A stretch of 64,000 nt of DNA from positions 5,303-69,302 of the forward strand of contig CAYXPY010000006.1 of NCBI GenBank assembly GCA_964467345.1, in the 5' to 3' direction. The position numbers and the translations under genes were made by a program. The notes beneath the pieces are model-generated. The model did no database searches and had not been told where the DNA came from. It saw only the letters and a program-made list of their open reading frames with translations. Below, piece after piece: positions 1 through 8,798 of this stretch (position 1 is its first letter; every line of letters begins with the position of its first letter). The DNA is from an uncultured Thermoplasmatales archaeon (GTDB taxonomy: Archaea; Thermoplasmatota; E2; DHVEG-1).

Positions 1-1400
1 ATTTCGTAATACCCATTGATGTCTGATGTTGTTTGATTCTGGTAATATTGTTGTTCGGTTGCTTGCCAGAACAGACTGACATTTGCCATCTCTAGTGGGT
101 TTGTTGTTTCCTGGTCTGTAATATAGCCTTTTATGAATGCGGTCTCCGGTGGACGTTCGTACAGCGAGATGTTGGTCCATCTGGTCTGATTCTCCTGCAT
201 CTGATATGGTCCTACTTGCCGTTGACAATATCCCTCTGCCGAGACGGTCACCCGCAGTCGAATCGCAGGAGTGCTGATTGCGTAGAAGCCGGTTTGGTTT
301 GTCGTCGTTTGATTTTCGTAATACTCATAGTCATTGATCCGTCCTCGTACATTGACAATTGCGTTTTCAATCGGAATGGTGGTAGCAGCATCGGTGATGT
401 ACCCACAGATGATGGAGGTCTCATTATACATCATTGGCGCAGTCATCGTCTCATCGTTGTTTGGTGTGGTCTGTGGAACCACCGTACTGTCTGTCTCAGA
501 ATGTAGATGTGTTGTCAGCATCATGATTGGGAGTTCTCCTTCGTATCCATCGTAGATTGTTGGTTGCTGTCGTGGGCTGCGCGGCTCTGCGTAGACAAAC
601 GCCTCTTCAGCGGTGATGATGTTGTCTTGGTTTGTATCTGCGTATCCGCGTAATCCATCGATGAGATAGGGTCCGAAGCCTCCAGAAAAGGAAACCTCAT
701 CTTCGCAGGATGCCATGAGCACCACCCGGTTCTGTCCGCGGACGTCCTCACCAAATCCCCTCACCCAGTTCTGGACAGCAAGTTCATTGTGACGTGGAGA
801 GTGATAAGCAGTAGTTGTGAATAGCCAGTTTGGTGGGTCATTGAAACCACCCGCATAGCAGCTATCCACGATCAGGCAGACGCCTTTGGATTCCAACCGG
901 TTGAGTAACACATTCAGTTCGTCATCATAAATAACAAGTTTTTCATAGGCAAAACCCCAGTAACTCACCAATGCCTCATCTGTTCCGTCCGCCTCGTCTT
1001 TTGGTGGGATATCGATCCCTAAGGGAAATCCATGGGTGGTGAGATAGACAAGAGAGTAATCGTTCTTATCTTCCATCCTGTCGAGCCATCGAAACCCTGA
1101 GATGATGTTTGTCACTGTCGCTTCCTCGCCTTTGATGACCTTTATGTGATCCTCCTGCCACCACTCTGACTGCAGCAGCAATGCATAGAGGTCATCGACT
1201 TCTAAAAGCATGTCCGGGCGGTCTTGTTGCGGGTCATCAGCATATACCCCGACTGCAACAAGCAACGCCCAATACTCGGTGTCATCAGAAGTGTTCTCTG
1301 CGGTCGATATGATGTTTTGCAGTGGGAGAATACCTGCAGCAAGTAAAATGAAGACAACAGCATAGCTTTTCCTTAATTTAAACAATAATGTTTTATTCAT
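1..1400 (-). CDS. Secreted caspase-like (peptidase C14) protein; runs off the left edge
   Basis: Not in the ORF track because it has no stop in the window. Manual translation from ATG 1400: MNKTLLFKLRKSYAVVFILLAAGILP (signal-like), YWALLVAVGVY, YLTTHG (catalytic His-Gly), CLIVDSCYAGGF (catalytic Cys), ending ...TSDINGYYE at the edge. The N-terminal half and the last 60 nt were translated; the middle was only spot-checked. Confidence 0.85.
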   Translation of the reverse strand, partial: MNKTLLFKLRKSYAVVFILLAAGILPLQNIISTAENTSDDTEYWALLVAVGVYADDPQQDRPDMLLEVDDLYALLLQSEWWQEDHIKVIKGEEATVTNIISGFRWLDRMEDKNDYSLVYLTTHGFPLGIDIPPKDEADGTDEALVSYWGFAYEKLVIYDDELNVLLNRLESKGVCLIVDSCYAGGFNDPPNWLFTTTAYHSPRHNELAVQNWVRGFGEDVRGQNRVVLMASCEDEVSFSGGFGPYLIDGLRGYADTNQDNIITAEEAFVYAEPRSPRQQPTIYDGYEGELPIMMLTTHLHSETDSTVVPQTTPNNDETMTAPMMYNETSIICGYITDAATTIPIENAIVNVRGRINDYEYYENQTTTNQTGFYAISTPAIRLRVTVSAEGYCQRQVGPYQMQENQTRWTNISLYERPPETAFIKGYITDQETTNPLEMANVSLFWQATEQQYYQNQTTSDINGYYE

Positions 1401-1453
1401 CGTTCTGCCCCCTATCAAGGAAGAAATAAAGAACTGATTGTTTAAGTAATTTA

Positions 1454-1475
1454 TTCCCAAATCATGCCCAAATCT
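1454..1475. promoter_or_regulatory. Candidate operator: CCCAAAT direct repeat with 11-bp period in the divergent caspase/wHTH promoter region
   Basis: TTCCCAAATCATGCCCAAATCT; its reverse complement matches 1790-1811 at 17/22 positions. Confidence 0.5.
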
Positions 1476-1527
1476 AAACAAACGTATTAAAGAAGACTAT
1501 GAATTCCTCTACCAAAAGGTCTCTGGC

Positions 1528-1839
1528 ATGGACTCGTTGAAAAACGTCCTGTATTGGCTTATCGCCAATTCGCTGGGTGGGTTTAATCGAGGTCGGATTC
1601 TTTCGGAACTTTTTCAAAAACCGCAGAACGCAAATGAGCTGTCAAAGAACCTTGGAATCGAATATAAAACCATACGGTACCATCTGAAGGTTTTGGAGGA
1701 TAATGGTATTCTTATGTCGGTTGGTGGAGGGTATGGTAAAACCTACTTCCCGACAGAGAGTTTGGAACGCAATAAGCAATATTTTGTAGAGATTTGGGAT
1801 AAAATTGGGAAAAAATCAAATAAAGAAAAGGAACCATAG
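1528..1839 (+). CDS. Winged helix-turn-helix (ArsR-like) transcriptional regulator
   Basis: LYWLIANSLGGFNRGRIL...PQNANELSKNLGIEYKTIRYHLKVLEDNGIL...GGGYGKTYF; archaeal wHTH family. Confidence 0.85.
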   Translation: MDSLKNVLYWLIANSLGGFNRGRILSELFQKPQNANELSKNLGIEYKTIRYHLKVLEDNGILMSVGGGYGKTYFPTESLERNKQYFVEIWDKIGKKSNKEKEP

Positions 1840-1845
1840 AATAAG

Positions 1846-2412
1846 GTGAAGAGTCGTATGAATGAAGCTCCGATAAAGGAAGAAAAATTTCCGACATACA
1901 ATACAAAAGCACTAGGACTCCTCTTGGTATTGGTTATCGGCGGTGTTGTCTTAGGTTTGATACTATCTACTATATTTGTCACGGAGACAAACGAAAAGAT
2001 AAAAAAATTTAGTGATGAATTCGGTGGGTATGCCCCACCCCCTGGTTTCCCTGAGCTTCGGGTCACGCCCCTTACCCTTGCCGAAGTCTTTCTACCGACA
2101 CTTGGTGTGATTGCTGTCTGCATCAGTATCTTTCTTTTAATCGGCCTGATAGCGGTGTATTTCAAGATCTTTGCGAAAACAAAATCGAAGTACATCGCGG
2201 GGTTACTGTTCTTTTTGGTCCCCTTGTTTATTCAATCGATTTTTTCTGTGTCCACCTTGCGGTCCTTGTTTGTGGCACCAGCGCTTCCGTTCGGCCCCGG
2301 TATCCGTGAAAGTATTGGATTTGGATGGGGTGGTTTAGGGCAGATTATTGTCATCGTCTCCATTTTCGAAAGCATCGGGTTGAGTATATTATTATATCTG
2401 AGCAACGAATAA
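1846..2412 (+). CDS. Multi-pass membrane protein paired with the wHTH regulator
   Basis: About 4 hydrophobic segments; YFKIFAKTKSKYIAGLLFF motif; starts 6 nt after the regulator stop. Confidence 0.75.
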   Translation: MKSRMNEAPIKEEKFPTYNTKALGLLLVLVIGGVVLGLILSTIFVTETNEKIKKFSDEFGGYAPPPGFPELRVTPLTLAEVFLPTLGVIAVCISIFLLIGLIAVYFKIFAKTKSKYIAGLLFFLVPLFIQSIFSVSTLRSLFVAPALPFGPGIRESIGFGWGGLGQIIVIVSIFESIGLSILLYLSNE

Positions 2413-2522
2413 TCCGTTTAGCTAATACTTAGCGATGTACGATAAAAATGTACTTCAGCGTCATTTTTTTCCGATAACTATAAAAAAACTTCGTTCTTTT
2501 CCCCGCTCTGGAGGTATTTTAA

Positions 2523-3239
2523 ATGAAACTAAGAAGTTATGGAATTGTGGCAATAAGTGTGTTAATCATGCTGGGTTCGTGTTTCACGGCGTCAGCCATG
2601 AGTATTTCGGATGGAACGAATGATATCTGGCATTGGACAAACACGGGAACCGCATGGTCATGGAGCGGAAATATCGGAAATAAACCAAACATAGACATAA
2701 CAGAAATCTCCTATGAGGTCAATAATGACAAAATCACATTAAAAATGGAGGTCGCAGGTTCTATCCAATCATCAGAAAAAATCACCTATTGGGTTTACTA
2801 CAACAGCACTGATACAACATATTGGCTCTCGTATTCGAACGGAACTGGTCTTGGATACGCAATGAACCAAGTAAATATGGATATCAGATATTCAGAGAAT
2901 GTCTCGGTTTCTGGTGATACAATGAGTGTTGTTCTTGATGTTATCGGTGATACCACGGCGGTTACTCTCTGGGGCTGGGCTGCTGAGTATACTGATTATG
3001 AAAATCAAGCCACAAATGAATGGTGGGGTGACTGGGCTCCCAATGAAAAATTCGGCTATGATACCGGGGATGATGGAACCGATGATGACGATGGTACCGA
3101 CGGCACTGACGATGGCACTGACGATGGCACAGATGATGAAACTGATGATGGCAATGGCACAGGAACCCCTGGGTTCGAACTTATCTTTGTTGTCGCAGCA
3201 GTCGCAGTCGCGTTGATCCTTCTCAGAAAACGACGATAA
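2523..3239 (+). CDS. PGF-CTERM (archaeosortase A target) cell-surface protein with acidic linker
   Basis: N-terminal signal peptide; C-terminal TPGFE + hydrophobic helix + RKRR; GGAGGT Shine-Dalgarno upstream. Confidence 0.88.
   Translation: MKLRSYGIVAISVLIMLGSCFTASAMSISDGTNDIWHWTNTGTAWSWSGNIGNKPNIDITEISYEVNNDKITLKMEVAGSIQSSEKITYWVYYNSTDTTYWLSYSNGTGLGYAMNQVNMDIRYSENVSVSGDTMSVVLDVIGDTTAVTLWGWAAEYTDYENQATNEWWGDWAPNEKFGYDTGDDGTDDDDGTDGTDDGTDDGTDDETDDGNGTGTPGFELIFVVAAVAVALILLRKRR
3070..3160 (+). repeat. Imperfect 12-nt tandem repeat (GATGGCACTGAC) encoding a DDGT acidic linker
   Basis: Directly visible; translates as DDGTDDDDGTDGTDDGTDDGTDDETDDG. Confidence 0.8.
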
Positions 3240-3250
3240 ACAAAACGTCA

Positions 3251-3275
3251 TTTTCTTTTTCTCTTTTTTTTTCTC
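3251..3275 (+). terminator. Oligo-T archaeal terminator-like tract
   Basis: TTTTCTTTTTCTCTTTTTTTTTCTC just after the PGF-CTERM stop codon. Confidence 0.5.
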
Positions 3276-3307
3276 AAAAACATTCTTTTAACACAGAGTC
3301 ATATCGG

Positions 3308-3982
3308 GTGTCTATGGCAACTCAAATCAAACACATCGATACGATCTTTCAGTTACTAAAAAAACAAATGGCTCCCTATGGGACACCGATTGTCTCAAAA
3401 AAGAAACACGGCATCCCAGAAACCCCGTTTGTCACCTTAATCTCCTGTATCCTGAGCCTACGGACCAAAGACGAAGTCACCGCCCAAGCGTCACACCGGT
3501 TACTCACCAAGCATCACACTCCGCAGGACCTCATCAAATTGACCGACAAACAAATTGAAGCCTATATCTACCCCGTGGGTTTCTACAAGACCAAGGCGAA
3601 GAGAATCAAGGAAATCTCACAAACACTTCTTGACACATACCAAGGAAACGTCCCGGACACAATGGAAGGCCTCCTCAGCCTCAAAGGAGTCGGCAGGAAA
3701 ACAGCAAACATCGTCATGGTCTATGGTCATAAGAAACATGGATACCTCCCTATAGACACCCATTGCCATCGGATCCCAAACAGACTCGGATGGATACAGA
3801 CCAAGACACCTGAGGAGACCGAACAAGAATTACTCAAAATCCTGCCCTCAGAATACTGGGATGATTTCAATGATTTGTTTGTCAGATTCGGACAAACGAT
3901 TTGCGTACCGGTCTCACCATTCTGCAGCCGCTGTTCTCTCCAACGCTACTGTAAAAAAGTAACTGTGAAAACAAGCAGATGA
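3308..3982 (+). CDS. nth: Endonuclease III (HhH-GPD base-excision repair glycosylase/lyase)
   Basis: LKGVGRKTA HhH motif, PIDTHCHRI, and C-x6-C-x2-C-x5-C 4Fe-4S loop (CVPVSPFCSRCSLQRYC). Confidence 0.93.
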   Translation: MSMATQIKHIDTIFQLLKKQMAPYGTPIVSKKKHGIPETPFVTLISCILSLRTKDEVTAQASHRLLTKHHTPQDLIKLTDKQIEAYIYPVGFYKTKAKRIKEISQTLLDTYQGNVPDTMEGLLSLKGVGRKTANIVMVYGHKKHGYLPIDTHCHRIPNRLGWIQTKTPEETEQELLKILPSEYWDDFNDLFVRFGQTICVPVSPFCSRCSLQRYCKKVTVKTSR

Positions 3983-3989
3983 AGAGATC

Positions 3990-4199
3990 TTATTTCTTTG
4001 CTTGTATGAATCGTTCTATCTCCGGAACCGTGATATGCCGATCGGTCGTCATCAAATCCACAAGTTTGTCCTTCTCAGCCCAATTCTCATAGTATTTCTT
4101 CTGCACAGTGTTCAACTTAAAGATGATCCCTTTGCTTTCCGCAAGTTCCTTGAGCTGATGTTCTGTGAGTTCATTTAACAGTTCTTTCTTGATTGACAT
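3990..4199 (-). CDS. Small hypothetical protein
   Basis: 69 aa filling an intergenic gap; LNELTEHQLKELAESKGI resembles a helix-extension-helix motif. Confidence 0.6.
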   Translation of the reverse strand: MSIKKELLNELTEHQLKELAESKGIIFKLNTVQKKYYENWAEKDKLVDLMTTDRHITVPEIERFIQAKK

Positions 4200-4343
4200 A
4201 GGTATCCCATCTCAACAACCCATAAACAAAAACCCGCATTTATCTGTTTCGTTTCAAACGAAATTTTTTTGCCCATGCGATGACATCGAACCGATTAGTT
4301 TATTAATAGGATAAGTAATTCCAATTCTACTAAGTGGAATGGG

Positions 4344-4694
4344 ATGCAGGATGGAGAGAAAGCAGTTATTTCTCCAGAGATGTTAAAACCTCTCATTATC
4401 AGGTCACTTCGGAGAAGTAGCGTGCGAAAAAAGATAGCAGATTACCTGTTTGAGATTAGCCCAAGTGGCAGTTACACCTCGGAGATCGCCTATAACGTCA
4501 AGACCACTCCAACAAACGTCATTGGGGCGATCCGTGGGATGAATTCCCGGTACCGTGATGATGAATCACTCATGAGCCTGAATATCGTCGAGCAGATCGA
4601 GGGAGGCAAACATCGGGATATTAAATTGTATCGTCTGACTGATTTCGGTAAGGAAATCGTCGAAGGCCTGCGGGACAACAAGAAGCGGTACTAA
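4344..4694 (+). CDS. EarA-family archaeal winged-helix transcriptional regulator
   Basis: RSLRRSSVRKKIADYL...SYTSEIA...PTNVIGAIRG...RY...SL...YRLTDFG pattern. Confidence 0.75.
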   Translation: MQDGEKAVISPEMLKPLIIRSLRRSSVRKKIADYLFEISPSGSYTSEIAYNVKTTPTNVIGAIRGMNSRYRDDESLMSLNIVEQIEGGKHRDIKLYRLTDFGKEIVEGLRDNKKRY

Positions 4695-4776
4695 TCATCG
4701 TCTTTTGTTCTTCTTTTAGAGCGAAACTGATAAAATAAGGCGCTGCGTTATCCTCCAATTGGGAGTCAGATGACTT

Positions 4777-5844
4777 ATGGCTGAAGTGAACATAAAAGAA
4801 CTACTCTCCACCTATGATACAAAAAACCTCACGATTGCGACCGTCTGTTCTCATTCCAGTCTTCAGATTTTTCATGGCGCAAAAAAAGAAGGATTTAAAA
4901 CACTGGGGATCTCGGTTGGTGAGGTAAAGAAATTCTATGATGCGTTTCCCCTTGGAAAACCTGATGAGTTTTTCATAGTGGACAATTACAAGGACATCGC
5001 CAAATACGCAGAGGAACTGCGAAAGAAAAACGTCCTGGTGATACCCCATGGTTCGTTTGTCGAATACCTCGGCCCGAAGAATTTTCTAAACCTTGAGGTA
5101 CCCACGTTCGGTAATCGTCATGTCCTGATGTGGGAGTCAGACCGGGAGAAAGAACGGGTCTGGCTTGAGGGAGCAGGCATCACCATGCCTAAGGAGATTA
5201 AAGACCCCCGCAACATCGAAAAACCAGTCATCGTCAAATACCATGGTGCGAAAGGAGGGAAAGGGTTCTTCATCGCAAAAACATTCGCAGAGTTCTCCAA
5301 ACGAGTGAAGCACGATAAACCATACACCATCCAGGAATTCGTGATGGGGACCCGGTACTATCTGCATTATTTCTATTCACCTATCCAGGATAACGCCTAT
5401 AAGCTTTCGAAAGGAAGCCTACAGATGCTTTCCATGGACCGCCGAGACGAGACCACCATCGATGAGGTCCAGCGCCTTGGCTCTATCGCGGAGCTTGAGG
5501 AGCTTGGGATTCATCCGACGTTCGTCGTCACCGGCAACATCCCAATCGTGATGCGCGAATCACTCCTCCCTCAGGTCTTCAAGATGGGAGAAGCGGTCGT
5601 GGAAAAATCCCTAGAGCTGTTCGGCGGCATCATCGGACCATTCTGCCTTGAGACCGTGGTGACTGAAGATTTGGAATTCAAGGTCTTTGAGATCTCCGCT
5701 CGAATCGTCGCAGGAACCAACCCCTACATCGGAGGTTCATCGTATTCTGAGCTGATACAACCGGATCTATCGACGGGTCGAAGGATTGCTCAAGAGGTCC
5801 ACTATGCGACAAAGCACAACAAACTTGAAGAGATCCTCAGCTGA
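4777..5844 (+). CDS. purP: Formate--phosphoribosylaminoimidazolecarboxamide ligase (PurP, ATP-grasp)
   Basis: IATVCSHSSLQIFHGAKKEGFKT, IPHGSF, GAKGGKGFF, FEISARIVAGTN. Confidence 0.93.
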   Translation: MAEVNIKELLSTYDTKNLTIATVCSHSSLQIFHGAKKEGFKTLGISVGEVKKFYDAFPLGKPDEFFIVDNYKDIAKYAEELRKKNVLVIPHGSFVEYLGPKNFLNLEVPTFGNRHVLMWESDREKERVWLEGAGITMPKEIKDPRNIEKPVIVKYHGAKGGKGFFIAKTFAEFSKRVKHDKPYTIQEFVMGTRYYLHYFYSPIQDNAYKLSKGSLQMLSMDRRDETTIDEVQRLGSIAELEELGIHPTFVVTGNIPIVMRESLLPQVFKMGEAVVEKSLELFGGIIGPFCLETVVTEDLEFKVFEISARIVAGTNPYIGGSSYSELIQPDLSTGRRIAQEVHYATKHNKLEEILS

Positions 5845-5853
5845 GGAACACGC

Positions 5854-6534
5854 ATGTTGACCCTGGTATTGGCAGAATCTGAGCTTGAGCCAATACCTGT
5901 CGAACTGCACCGTCATCCCGCGGTGATTGCCCATGCCAGACAACGGAAAAAACAACCATGGCAGATTCTTCTTGATTCTAACTACGACCATGCTGCAATG
6001 ACTCCTCTTTCTGAGGGGCGCAGACGCGGACGGCCTGATATCACCCATCTGTTTTTACTCACAGCCCTGGAATCCATCGTCAATAAAGAAGGTCAGTTAC
6101 AGGTTCTTATCCATACCAGAAACGACCAGGTCATCACCGTCAGTCCGCAGACAAGGATCATGCGGAACTACGAACGGTTCCTTGGACTCATGGAACAACT
6201 CTTTGAGAAAACAGCTGTCCCTGATGATACGCACCCACTGCTGGTTTTAGAACAACACATGACCCTGAAGCAGGTTGTTGAGAAACAACAGGCAGAACGG
6301 GTCATCGTCTTCTCAAAAGAGGGCACGCCGGTGAAGCTTCATGAGTATTTGTTTGAATCGAAGAGACAAAAAACCATTGATCTGATTTGCATCATCGGGG
6401 GGTTTCCCTCCGGGACGTTTCATACGGATTTGAAGACAATCGCAACGGATGTGATATCCGTGTACCCGGAGATGCTCCCTGCCTGGACCGTGGCTAGCGA
6501 GATTCTGGTCACCTATGGGAACATGTGCCGATAG
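5854..6534 (+). CDS. nep1: 16S rRNA pseudouridine N1-methyltransferase Nep1 (SPOUT)
   Basis: LVLAESELEPIP, RGRPDITH, LESIVNKEG, IHTRND, MRNYERFLGLMEQL, IIGGFPSG. Confidence 0.92.
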   Translation: MLTLVLAESELEPIPVELHRHPAVIAHARQRKKQPWQILLDSNYDHAAMTPLSEGRRRGRPDITHLFLLTALESIVNKEGQLQVLIHTRNDQVITVSPQTRIMRNYERFLGLMEQLFEKTAVPDDTHPLLVLEQHMTLKQVVEKQQAERVIVFSKEGTPVKLHEYLFESKRQKTIDLICIIGGFPSGTFHTDLKTIATDVISVYPEMLPAWTVASEILVTYGNMCR

Positions 6535-7433
6535 AGCGTCACCATGATGCCGATCTGTGCCCACATCCTGTTTTCTGCTTCATCGAAAATCACGGATTGT
6601 GGTCCATGAGCCACTTCCTTGGTCACCTCATAGCCATAATACGCAGGGAGGCAGTGAAGGAAGATCGCCTTTGGTCGTGCCGCATCCATGAGCTTCTTAT
6701 CGATGGTATATCCCTTGAACTCCTTGATGCGTTTTTCTTTTTCCGTTTCGTCTCCCATCGAGACCCAGGTGTCGGTCGCTATCACATCAGCATCCTTTGT
6801 TGAGTCTTTGACCTTGTCTGTGATTTCGACATTCACACCGAATTTTTTTGCTTCTTCTACATAGTATTTCTCTGGCCAATATTGCTTTGGTGCGACGATT
6901 CGAACGTTCATCCCTGCTATCCCGCATCCAAGAAGATAGGAATGCGCCATGTTGTTGTTCCCATCCCCGAGGTACACAAATTGCAGTCCCTTGAGTTTTC
7001 CTTTATGCTCCTGAATAGTCATCAGATCGGTGATCACCTGACAGGGATGCTCCTTGTTGTCCAACCCGTTGATGACCGGTACCGTTGCATGTGTTGCCAG
7101 CTCTTTCATCGCCTCGTTGCTCTTCGCACGGTACATGATCATGTCGACGTAACGGGAGAGCACAAGAGCGGTATCCTGGATGCTTTCCCCTCGTCCGAGT
7201 TGGATATCCGTCGTAGACAGGAAGATAGCATGGCCACCAAGCAGGTTCATCCCGGTCTCAAAAGACACCCGTGTCCGTGTGCTTGGTTTCTCAAAGATCA
7301 TACCCAGGGTTTTTCTTTTCATATGTTCGATGCGTTTTCCCTTCTTCGCCTGTGCTTTGAGTTTTATGCTCAGTCCAATGATATCATGGAGGTCGTCTTT
7401 TACATCAAGCATGGAGATAAGGTCTCGTTTCAT
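6513..7433 (-). CDS. argF: Ornithine carbamoyltransferase
   Basis: FEKPSTRT, HPCQ, DTWVSMG, FLHCLP motifs; 3' end overlaps nep1 by 22 nt. Confidence 0.95.
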   Translation of the reverse strand: MKRDLISMLDVKDDLHDIIGLSIKLKAQAKKGKRIEHMKRKTLGMIFEKPSTRTRVSFETGMNLLGGHAIFLSTTDIQLGRGESIQDTALVLSRYVDMIMYRAKSNEAMKELATHATVPVINGLDNKEHPCQVITDLMTIQEHKGKLKGLQFVYLGDGNNNMAHSYLLGCGIAGMNVRIVAPKQYWPEKYYVEEAKKFGVNVEITDKVKDSTKDADVIATDTWVSMGDETEKEKRIKEFKGYTIDKKLMDAARPKAIFLHCLPAYYGYEVTKEVAHGPQSVIFDEAENRMWAQIGIMVTLYRHMFP

Positions 7434-7516
7434 CGAAGAAGGGAATAAGCCTTCCTTCCTTAAACATATCGGATGATGAGAAAGACATTTATCCCCTGAA
7501 AAGATGTGGATACCTG

Positions 7517-8548
7517 ATGGGTGTCGACCTCGGGGAATTGTTCACAAAGGAACCATGCACGTTTGAGGATTTTAAGGACCGTGTTATTGCCCTTGATGGG
7601 TACAATATCCTTCATCAGTTCCTCTCCAGCATCCGGCAGCGTGATGGTACACCACTGAAAGATTCCCAGGGTAGGATAACCTCACATCTGTCTGGGTTGC
7701 TGTATCGGACCGCACACATGATCCAAGCCAAGATTCATCCGGTGTACGTGTTCGATGGCCCGCCACATCCGTTAAAGGCACGGACCATCCAGCAACGTCG
7801 AGAACGGAAAGAACAAGCTGAAAAGCAATGGCAAGAGGCTCTTGAAAAAGGAGACCTTGTGACAGCACGTTCAAAGGCCCAGCAGACCTCCCGGGTTACG
7901 ACAGAGATTATAGCACAAAGCAGACAACTACTGGATGGGTTGGGGATTCCCCATATACAAGCTCTCTCTGAAGGTGAGGCCCAGGCAAGTTACATGGTTC
8001 AAAAAGGTGATGCGTTCGCTGTAGGTTCACAGGACTTCGATTGTCTCTTGTTCGGAGCGCCTGTCTTGGTGCGCAACCTTACCTCCTCTGAAAAACGAAA
8101 ACTACCCAATAAACAAGCGTATACCACGGTTCATCCTGAGCGCATTCGTCTTAAGCCTGGTCTTCAGAAACTCAGTATCTCCCGGCAGCAGCTCGTTGAT
8201 ATCGCCATCCTTATTGGGACTGATTTTAATGATGGGTTCAAGGGGTATGGCCCAAAAAAAAGCCTCAAGCTTCTTCAAGAGAAAGGAAGCCTTGAGAACG
8301 CACTGGAGGGTTTATCCGAGAGTGGGCAGTTGGTATCCTCTGAGGAGATTGCTGTTGTCAGAAAGCTCTTTCTTGAGCCTACCGTCACCGATGACTATGT
8401 GCTTGAATGGAGGAAACCTGATGCTGATACGGTGATGCGCTTGCTTTGTGACGAGCATCAGTTCTCCAGGGAACGGATCGAGCCGGTTCTTGAGCTTTTT
8501 ATAGGAGCACAACAGTCCACTAAGCAAAAGAACCTCTTTGATTTTTAG
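7517..8548 (+). CDS. fen: Flap endonuclease 1
   Basis: MGVDLG, ALDGYNILHQFLSSIRQRDGTPL, EGEAQAS, SQDFD, GTDFN; C-terminal PIP box QKNLFDF. Confidence 0.96.
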   Translation: MGVDLGELFTKEPCTFEDFKDRVIALDGYNILHQFLSSIRQRDGTPLKDSQGRITSHLSGLLYRTAHMIQAKIHPVYVFDGPPHPLKARTIQQRRERKEQAEKQWQEALEKGDLVTARSKAQQTSRVTTEIIAQSRQLLDGLGIPHIQALSEGEAQASYMVQKGDAFAVGSQDFDCLLFGAPVLVRNLTSSEKRKLPNKQAYTTVHPERIRLKPGLQKLSISRQQLVDIAILIGTDFNDGFKGYGPKKSLKLLQEKGSLENALEGLSESGQLVSSEEIAVVRKLFLEPTVTDDYVLEWRKPDADTVMRLLCDEHQFSRERIEPVLELFIGAQQSTKQKNLFDF

Positions 8549-8798
8549 TTTATAAAATATGAGAGGGTCGGCGTAGTCTGGTTGCATTGATGAAAAATGA
8601 TTAAATCTACCGGAGAAACGTTGTTTTCTTCTGTTCTTATTAAAATTTCTTTATATATGAATCATGAAAACAAAATTTACCTCTCTTTATGACTCACTTG
8701 TTTAATTTTTATCATAAAAGAAAAGTATATATAGAGAGTACTCAGTTAACTATTCAATACAAACACCTATTTCTATCGAGAAAAAATAGGGGGATACT

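Noticed and set aside
3070-3160. DDGT tandem repeat as a mobile or CRISPR-like repeat
   Set aside because: It is an in-frame low-complexity linker before the PGF-CTERM anchor, which is ordinary for such proteins.
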